A stretch of DNA of 64,000 bases from Candidatus Poribacteria bacterium (GTDB lineage: Bacteria; Poribacteria; WGA-4E; PCPOR2b): the NCBI GenBank assembly GCA_965215015.1, contig OZ244042.1, forward strand, positions 2,272,001-2,336,000, read 5' to 3'. The translations under genes were made by a program, and so were the position numbers. Every line of letters begins with the position of its first letter. The first letter of the stretch is position 1. The notes beneath the pieces are model-generated. The model searched no databases. It saw only the letters and a list, made by a program, of their open reading frames with translations, and had not been told where the DNA came from. Below are positions 57,560 to 64,000 of this stretch, piece by piece.

Positions 57560-57751
57560 GGAATATCACGCAACTGTATAAGGTAAATTGAAAACCCCCG
57601 GACCCTCGCCCAATGTTCCGAGCGGATTGCGTCAATCGTGGGGCGCAACTGCGTCTGGTATTCTCTTGCGCTAGAGTCCGAGCTCAACCAAGGATAAACA
57701 TTGTGCGCCCTTTTCTGGTGTTGGCTTGGAGGGTTCAACTGTATAAGTCCT
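57560..57751. mobile_element. MITE family A-related element
   Basis: Right end CAACTGTATAAGTCCT and about 70 bp shared with 55340-55410. Confidence 0.5.
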
Positions 57752-57767
57752 ACCTGAGAAAGTAAGC

Positions 57768-58079
57768 CTAACGCTGTTGAGCTTCCATATACGCCCGCAA
57801 GACTGCGTTCATACGTGTCTGATAGCCGCTCCCATGGGATTTGAACCACTCTAAAACGTCACTATCCACGCGCAAGGATACGGCGCGTTTCGATTGTGGC
57901 GTCGCGGCTTCAACATTTGCCCAAAATGTCTCATCCGTTGGGTGGGGTCCCCACCTGATGCAGCTGCCTCTTCAATCTGGGACTCAGTCATATTTTTGAC
58001 GCGCTTCCAATCTGTCTGTGAATTCTTCGGGGGGTATTTGGGGTATTTAGGGAATATTTCAAAATATTTTTTCTTTCAC
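57768..58079 (-). pseudogene. brnA: BrnA antitoxin, frameshifted
   Basis: SQTDWKRV...FWAN...KRAVSLRVDSDVLEWFKSHGSGYQTRMNAVLRAYM, spread over three frames. Confidence 0.8.
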
Positions 58080-58316
58080 GATGATTTGCCCCCTTGCTGA
58101 GATGGTACGCCGAACGCTGCCTCGAACGGTGTAGACGACATACAAGGTGATGCCCTCAATCGTGCCCATCGCGACGCTTCATTTTTCGCCATAGTCCCGA
58201 CGATTATCAACTACTGTGCGCGTTGGACGTTCAAAGATACGTACCGCATCCCTACAATTGATGCCATGCTTTTCAATATTACGCTGGTTTTTAACCGAAT
58301 CCCATTCAAATTCCAT
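58050..58316 (-). pseudogene. brnT: BrnT toxin with a premature stop and a frameshift
   Basis: MEFEWDSVKNQRNIEKHGI...DYGEK*SVAMG...VVYT.R...RTISAR/ANHRERKKY; TGA at 58179-58181. Confidence 0.85.
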
Positions 58317-58321
58317 CACAT

Positions 58322-58350
58322 AATATATATTCTGTACATACAAATGTCAA
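58322..58350 (-). promoter_or_regulatory. Promoter of the brnTA operon
   Basis: Minus strand TTGACA-N17-TATATT, with a TGTATGTACA near-palindrome in the spacer. Confidence 0.55.
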
Positions 58351-58432
58351 AAAAGATTGGCAACTCAGGGGGAACTCTACTTATTTAATTGGTTTTTGCT
58401 AAATTTTATGGTTGATGAAAGGGAGGTACAAA

Positions 58433-59294
58433 ATGGCGGAATCTTTACGGATACTCTCAATTGGAGCACATCCGGCGGATATTTTCGATCAATCCGGCCA
58501 CTATGGCACATCACGCGAGTCGGGGAGACTATGTCGGTTGTGTCGTATTGACCCATGGTGCCCGTGTGCATGACGCAGTGATCAGCGACTCAATGTTTCA
58601 TCGCGAGGAGGTGCCAGACGAATCTGACCTGCTCGCGTTGATGGAAGAACGCTCAGATGTTAAGGCGGAAGAGGTACGTAAGGGATGCCAGATTTTGGGT
58701 GTCGAAGATATCTACTTCTTCGGTGCAGATGACGCCGTGCTGCTGGTCACGGAGGAAACGGTGAAACGGCTCGCACGATTGTTGCGCGAGATACGTCCCG
58801 ACATTATCCTGACCCACTTTCCCAAAGAGGGAGATGGGCTAACCAACGCACACGCCATTGCGGGACAGATTGCGCTCCACGCCATTTCACATGCTGGCAG
58901 CGTCGATCCGGGCGATCGAAATACGCCCCACAAGGTAGCGCAGGTCTTTTTCTTTGGGGCCGGTGCGGCGGCTGTGCCGCGAAATGTATGGCAGTCTGAG
59001 GGCGGCTATTATAACGATGTGTTTATCGACATCACGGATGTAGCTGATAAAAAACTGGCGGCATTGGATTGTCTGGTGAGCCAAGGGTACGGGGGGACTT
59101 ATGCCCGCAAACGAATCGAAACCAGCGATGGGGCGTTTGGAAGCGCAGGCGGCTGCGCCTATGCGGAAGGGTTTATCTCATTAAATGCCGAGACACACTA
59201 CTACCTGCCCGTCACCGAACACGCGCTCAAAAATGCCCGCTCATCCGACCATGAGCGGATAGCGGAAAATTCCTATCGGATTGCAGTTGATTGA
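58433..59294 (+). pseudogene. PIG-L/LmbE family deacetylase, frameshifted near 58496-58500 (or a sequencing error)
   Basis: GGAGG RBS plus ATG 58433 gives MAESLRILSIGAHPADIFDQSG; homology continues in another frame as TMAHHASRGD..LTHG..IRPDIILTH..IDITD..YAEGF. Confidence 0.75.
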
Positions 59295-59363
59295 CAGGTG
59301 TGGGGGCGGGTTTGCAATTCTCCCGCCCCTATTGTGCGGTTGAAGTGAGGATTTGGAAGTTCC

Positions 59364-60722
59364 TCAATAACCGCTTTCTCGTGTGGTTGATGCACACCAC
59401 CGTGATTTCATCAGGAAGCGCATCAAGATATCCCGCGCTGCTGTAGTTCCAATCTGGTGCAGTGTATGCGCGGCATTGGCGCGGACATACCGGTTCTCAT
59501 CCCTCAGCGCGACCTTCAAGGCAGGAAGTGCCTCCTCCGCTTTTGGACCAATTCGCGCTAACGCAAGCGAGGCATTTCGACGGACCCACTCATCTGCATC
59601 GTCCAGTAGCTGTACCAACGCGGAAACCGCTGTTGAGGAAGATTGTGCGACGATGCCCAACCCTTCCGCGGCAACTTTCCGAACCTCCGCCGCTTGGTCT
59701 TGCGTCGTTCGGATTAACGTGGGTACGGCTTCCTGAGCGGTGGATCCCATGTCTCCCAACGCGTCAACCGCAATTACGCGTAACCCTTCGTTTGCATCGT
59801 TCGCAGCTTCTATCAGTGCTGGTACAGCGGGGGCACCAATTACACTCAAGGCATAGCTGGCATTTCGACGCACCATCTCAGATTCATCGTGCAAGGTCTC
59901 AATCAGTGCCGGCACAGCGGAGGTGCCCACCGCACCCAGCGCATAGGCGGCGTTGAGACATGCCGATTCCGACTCACTTCGCAATAGGTTGATTAGTTCA
60001 GGGATAGAGCTGTCTTCTGAGGCACCTACCCCGTTCCTCGTTCCCAAATGCCATGCCCATAGGTGTTTCCACATCAACCTTTGTCCATCATCGCTATGCC
60101 CCCACTCCGCTCCTTCATTATTCCAAGAGGGGCCGTTAGGCTCCTCCATGCGCGTAAAGAGGAACTTCATCATATACCGATTTGTCTCGGTGTGGTTCGG
60201 CATAGCGCGATGCCAGAGGTCGTAATGGACGATGGTTATTGATCCTGCCTCCCCGGCAAGCGGTAGCTCTTCCTGCCCATTATCCGGTTGGCTGTTGTAG
60301 CACTGGCTCTGCGGCAGAATCCCCGTCGGTCCCCGTACTTCGGGGGTATCTTGCGGATAATAGAATGCCATCACCCAACGGGTCGGATGCCGTCGGCGCG
60401 TCCAACTGTCCTTGTGTAATCTCTGTCCACTGCTGCCCGGCGGGTTGTAATGACAGTGGCGGTGCGGATGCGTGTAATAATTTGGGCCTACAAGACCAGC
60501 CAGCGCCCCATCAACAACGGGATGGTCAAAGATTTCTTGAATATCCGGAATTCTGGGTATCAGGTTGTTCCCTGGGTTGCCTTCCTTCTCAAACACCGCT
60601 TCAGTCTGTTGGAAAATGGCTTCGTGAAAATCAGCGGGAAGGTCGGTTTTGATGTTGATATACCCGTTGACAATAAAGTGTTGCATCTGCTCGTCGTTGA
60701 GCAAATGTTTGCTATCAGCCAT
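59364..60722 (-). CDS. Phytanoyl-CoA dioxygenase (PhyH) domain fused to HEAT repeats
   Basis: LHKDS, FYYPQD..GPTG and HYDLWHRA motifs, then about six AVPALI..L.D....VR..A..AL repeats. Confidence 0.88.
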   Translation of the reverse strand: MADSKHLLNDEQMQHFIVNGYINIKTDLPADFHEAIFQQTEAVFEKEGNPGNNLIPRIPDIQEIFDHPVVDGALAGLVGPNYYTHPHRHCHYNPPGSSGQRLHKDSWTRRRHPTRWVMAFYYPQDTPEVRGPTGILPQSQCYNSQPDNGQEELPLAGEAGSITIVHYDLWHRAMPNHTETNRYMMKFLFTRMEEPNGPSWNNEGAEWGHSDDGQRLMWKHLWAWHLGTRNGVGASEDSSIPELINLLRSESESACLNAAYALGAVGTSAVPALIETLHDESEMVRRNASYALSVIGAPAVPALIEAANDANEGLRVIAVDALGDMGSTAQEAVPTLIRTTQDQAAEVRKVAAEGLGIVAQSSSTAVSALVQLLDDADEWVRRNASLALARIGPKAEEALPALKVALRDENRYVRANAAHTLHQIGTTAARDILMRFLMKSRWCASTTRESGY

Positions 60723-60757
60723 CTTGAAAAACTCCTTTCCAAGTGTATCGGAGAATC

Positions 60758-61759
60758 CTACCACCGAAATAGGTGAGGGCCAAAGTCTGCCCTGTAGTAT
60801 TGTCTGATTGCCTCACCGGGAGGGGCGACTTCATCGATTCGCGCCCGTTCTTCATCCGTCACCTGCACGTTGATTGCCCCTAGATTGTCTTCCAGTTGTT
60901 CCATCGTGCGGACGCCGACAATGGGACTGGTAATTCCCGGCTGCTGGGCACACCACGCTAACGCAAACTGACTTGGTGTACACCCCCTCTCCGCTGCAAT
61001 CGCCAAGACAACGTCTAAGACGTTGAACGCTGCATCTGAGAACAGATCCGTATTTTGGCTCTCATCTTGATAGCGTGCGTCCGCCGGACGCGCCTCGCCA
61101 CGTCGGTACTTCCCGGTGAGGAATCCACCTGCCATCGGCGACCACGGAATAAGGGCCGTTCCATACGTCAGTGCCATCGGGACCAACTCCCGCTCGATGC
61201 TCCGATCCAGCAGGTGATAGGGTGGCTGCTCGCAGATAAACCGATTGAGCCCCAGCTCTTTTGAAGCCCACAGGGATTCAACGACCTGCCACGCAGCGAA
61301 GGTGCTGCTGCCGATGTAGCGTACTTTGCCCGCCCGAATTAAATCGTCCAACGCCCGGAGCGTTTCATCAATCGGTATATCTGAGCAGGGGCGATGAATC
61401 TGGTAGAGGTCAATATAATCGGTTTGCAAGCGTTGCAGCGATGCCTCGCACTGCTCGATGATGTGACGACGGCTGTTGCCCTGTGCGTTTGGGTCTTCGT
61501 CGTCCATGCGGAAGTGGACTTTGGTCGCTAATACGATTCGCTCCCGTTTCCCATTCCGCTTGAACGCCTTCCCTACCATCTCCTCACTTCTGCCGCGGAC
61601 GTACATATTCGCGGTGTCAAAGAAATTGATGCCCCCCTCAATCGCTCGATCGATGATGTCCATAGAGTCAGACTCGTTTGTTCGACCGCCGAACATCAAG
61701 CACCCCAGACAGAGCGGGCTCACCTTTGTTCCTGTCCTACCAAGACTGCGATATTCCAT
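60758..61759 (-). CDS. Aldo/keto reductase
   Basis: FFDTANMY, LATK, SLQRLQTDYIDLYQIH, GKVRYIG and PWSPMAGG motifs. Confidence 0.93.
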   Translation of the reverse strand: MEYRSLGRTGTKVSPLCLGCLMFGGRTNESDSMDIIDRAIEGGINFFDTANMYVRGRSEEMVGKAFKRNGKRERIVLATKVHFRMDDEDPNAQGNSRRHIIEQCEASLQRLQTDYIDLYQIHRPCSDIPIDETLRALDDLIRAGKVRYIGSSTFAAWQVVESLWASKELGLNRFICEQPPYHLLDRSIERELVPMALTYGTALIPWSPMAGGFLTGKYRRGEARPADARYQDESQNTDLFSDAAFNVLDVVLAIAAERGCTPSQFALAWCAQQPGITSPIVGVRTMEQLEDNLGAINVQVTDEERARIDEVAPPGEAIRQYYRADFGPHLFRW

Positions 61760-61855
61760 CTGCGTCTCCTCCTCTTCTCTTAATCCCTAATTCGTCTTCC
61801 GCAGAAGGGCAGGTACAAGACCTACCCCTACTAAATCGGGTCAACTCCGAAAATC

Positions 61856-62629
61856 TTACGCTTCCGCAACCACCGGATTACGTAGGACACCGACGCCTGA
61901 AATCTCAATTTCAACGGTGTCACCGGGAGCGATGGGGCCCACGCCGGAGGGTGTACCGGTCATAATCACATCGCCGGGCAGAAGGGTCATCACCGCACTG
62001 ATGTAGGAAACCAGGTGAGCGACAGAAAACAGCAGATCGGAGGTGTTAGAATCCTGCTTCACTTCACCGTTCAACCGCGTTTTTATATCAAGGTTGGTCG
62101 GATCTAAATCGGTGGCAATCACAGGTCCGAGCGGACAGAAGGTGTCGAATCCCTTCCCAAGCAGCATACACCCCATCTCCATCTCAGCGAACTGGATAAC
62201 CCGCTCGCTGATATCGTTACCACAGGTGTAACCCAGCACATAGTCGAGGGCTTCTGTTTCCGAAACCCGTCGTGTCTGTTTGCCCATAACGACCGCCAAT
62301 TCACACTCGTAATGCACCTCTTTGCCTTGGTGGGGGTAGATAATCGGCTCCTCGGGACCGATAGCTGTCAGGGTCGGTTTCATGAAAAGCATTGGAAAGG
62401 CAGGAGGCTCTTTGCCTGCCTCGCGGGCGTGTAGGGCATAGTTCAACCCGACACCGATGATTCTAGGGGATTCGACCGGCGCGAGGACAGTTACCTGATC
62501 TATGTGTGTGACAGCACCACTCGTATCCAAACTGTCGAAAGGTGAACCAGCCAATTGGCGGATGCTCCCCTCATTCTCTAGAATACCGTGGCTTGCATCT
62601 CCATTACTGCGATACCGTAGGATTTTCAT
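61856..62629 (-). CDS. Fumarylacetoacetate hydrolase family protein
   Basis: GLNYALH, FMKP, HYECEL, NDISER, KGFDTFCPLGP and GDVIMTGTPSGV motifs. Confidence 0.93.
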   Translation of the reverse strand: MKILRYRSNGDASHGILENEGSIRQLAGSPFDSLDTSGAVTHIDQVTVLAPVESPRIIGVGLNYALHAREAGKEPPAFPMLFMKPTLTAIGPEEPIIYPHQGKEVHYECELAVVMGKQTRRVSETEALDYVLGYTCGNDISERVIQFAEMEMGCMLLGKGFDTFCPLGPVIATDLDPTNLDIKTRLNGEVKQDSNTSDLLFSVAHLVSYISAVMTLLPGDVIMTGTPSGVGPIAPGDTVEIEISGVGVLRNPVVAEA

Positions 62630-62660
62630 GTTTTGTCTCTCCTTGTGGTGTTCAGAATAA

Positions 62661-63785
62661 TTACAACTGTGAGCGTGGAATATCCCCACCCGCTGCATAT
62701 TTCTCTACAGCTTCAGGATCCAACTCCAACCCCAAGCCCGGTTTGTTTGGGTCTGGCGACCACATGCCATCTTTGGGCTCCGACCATTCTTTGTAGACAA
62801 TCTTGTCGGATGCTTCAGCCATCCCAAGGTACTCCACCACTTTCAGGTTTGGCGTGGCACAGGTCAGGTGTAGGTGGATAAGTTGATAGGCGTGTGGTGC
62901 TACCGGGAGGTTGAAAGCGTGCGCTAAGTGAGCCACCTTCATCCACTCCGTGATTCCGCCTACTCGCCCGACATCCGGCTGAACGATGTCCGCTCCGCCG
63001 CGAGAGATGAGCTCTTTAAAACCGAACTTGGTATATTCATGCTCGCCGGTGGCGACGGGTATGTTGATTGCTTTGGCGATGGCTGCCAATCCTTCGATGT
63101 CGTCAGCTAACACAGGCTCTTCAAACCAACCGACGCGATATTCTTCAAAGGCTTTACCCATATAAATCGCCTGTTTGGCGTAATAGCCGTTGTTGGCATC
63201 GATATAGATTTCGATAGCGTCCCCAACCGCTTCGCGGACAGCGGCGAGTCGTTGGATATCTTCCCGCTCGCTTTTGCCGAAATCCTTGCCGACCTTCATT
63301 TTGATAGCTTTGAAACCACGTTCAACATAACCGGTCTGTTCCGCCACCAATTCCTCTAGGTTGAAGTTTGTCCAACCGCCGCTGCCGTAGACTGGGACAG
63401 AATCGGTGTAGGGCCCCAACAGCTGATAGAGCGGGACGTTAAAGTACTTTGCTTTCAAATCCCATAGCGCGATATCAACAGCGGACAGCGCGCAGAATGC
63501 GAGGCCTTTGCGACCTACCCCTCGGACGCACCAGAAGATATCGTCCCAAATCTTTTCGATGTTTAATGGGTCTTGACCCACCAACAACTCCTTGAAGGTA
63601 CCCTCTATGAGTGTCTGGCCCGCGCGGCCACCGCCCGACGGGCTCAACCCTTCGAGACCTGAATCGGTTATAATATGCACAAAGCACGCGGAACGCCCTC
63701 TGGCTACATGGCGGATGGTGGCGTCCTGAATCCCGCCGAGATCTGGCAAGGACAGCAACGTCGTTTTGACATCTGTTATTTTCAT
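62661..63785 (-). CDS. Mandelate racemase/muconate lactonizing enzyme family (acid-sugar dehydratase-like)
   Basis: AVDIALWDLKAK, KMK, IDANN, WFEEP, ATGEHE, QPD and APH motifs. Confidence 0.92.
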   Translation of the reverse strand: MKITDVKTTLLSLPDLGGIQDATIRHVARGRSACFVHIITDSGLEGLSPSGGGRAGQTLIEGTFKELLVGQDPLNIEKIWDDIFWCVRGVGRKGLAFCALSAVDIALWDLKAKYFNVPLYQLLGPYTDSVPVYGSGGWTNFNLEELVAEQTGYVERGFKAIKMKVGKDFGKSEREDIQRLAAVREAVGDAIEIYIDANNGYYAKQAIYMGKAFEEYRVGWFEEPVLADDIEGLAAIAKAINIPVATGEHEYTKFGFKELISRGGADIVQPDVGRVGGITEWMKVAHLAHAFNLPVAPHAYQLIHLHLTCATPNLKVVEYLGMAEASDKIVYKEWSEPKDGMWSPDPNKPGLGLELDPEAVEKYAAGGDIPRSQL

Positions 63786-63830
63786 ATGAATTTCCTCTAT
63801 AATGTTTCGAGAACTAGGTTCTGTATCATT

Positions 63831-64000
63831 TCATCCTCTTTCGAGCACAATGCTTTCCCGTTCAATCCGTGCGAACATTTCTTGATACGCTGGTGTGCCA
63901 TCGTTGTCCCAATACTCCGTGGAGATGGGCGAGGCGTAGCTCATGGGGATGAGACGACTCCGGTCGGGCCGCACCATGAAGATGGAATTTTGGGGATCGG
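63831..64000 (-). CDS. C-terminal end of an unidentified protein entering from the right edge
   Basis: Open frame DPQNSIFMVRPDRSRLIPMSYASP...ERESIVLERG*, co-oriented with the downstream genes. Confidence 0.45.
   Translation of the reverse strand, partial: DPQNSIFMVRPDRSRLIPMSYASPISTEYWDNDGTPAYQEMFARIERESIVLERG

Noticed and set aside
1-64000. tRNA, rRNA, prophage or integrase
   Set aside because: None recognised by eye. A tRNAscan/Infernal run would be needed to exclude small RNAs.

Overview
A 64-kb bacterial chromosomal window, most likely from Candidatus Poribacteria. That assignment is an inference from the repeated C-terminal 'SVxPxxKLATxWGxIK' tail, the expanded PhyH, enolase-superfamily, Gfo/Idh/MocA and Kelch families, and the dense palindromic repeats. 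Housekeeping genes include coaD, ftsB, argG and the block ffh-rpsP-khpA-ylqD-trmD-rplS-rnhB-yraN, which lacks rimM. An accessory tract follows (about 18.6-27.7 kb) with a TnpB relic, an orphan FtsZl1/Tubulin_2-type GTPase followed by a silent partial copy of itself, and two pairs of tandemly duplicated coiled-coil membrane proteins with variable repeat numbers; one copy is frameshifted in a T8 tract. Next come a 2472-aa Ig-repeat surface protein with a T9SS-CTD/FlgD-like tail, a PorV-like beta-barrel, a LysM coiled-coil protein and a degenerate AccA-like protein. An array of five secreted Kelch beta-propellers plus a relic sixth shares a 17-18 aa C-terminal tail with an unrelated secreted protein, which suggests a lineage-specific protein sorting system. 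The rest holds catabolic genes, a decayed BrnT/BrnA toxin-antitoxin pair and a frameshifted PIG-L gene. Intergenic DNA is full of GTAG-type REP palindromes, at least three MITE-like families and an 11-copy 38-39 bp tandem array, and some of these repeats appear to have entered coding sequence in frame. No rRNA, tRNA or CRISPR array was recognised. All family assignments come from reading motifs by eye, not from database searches.
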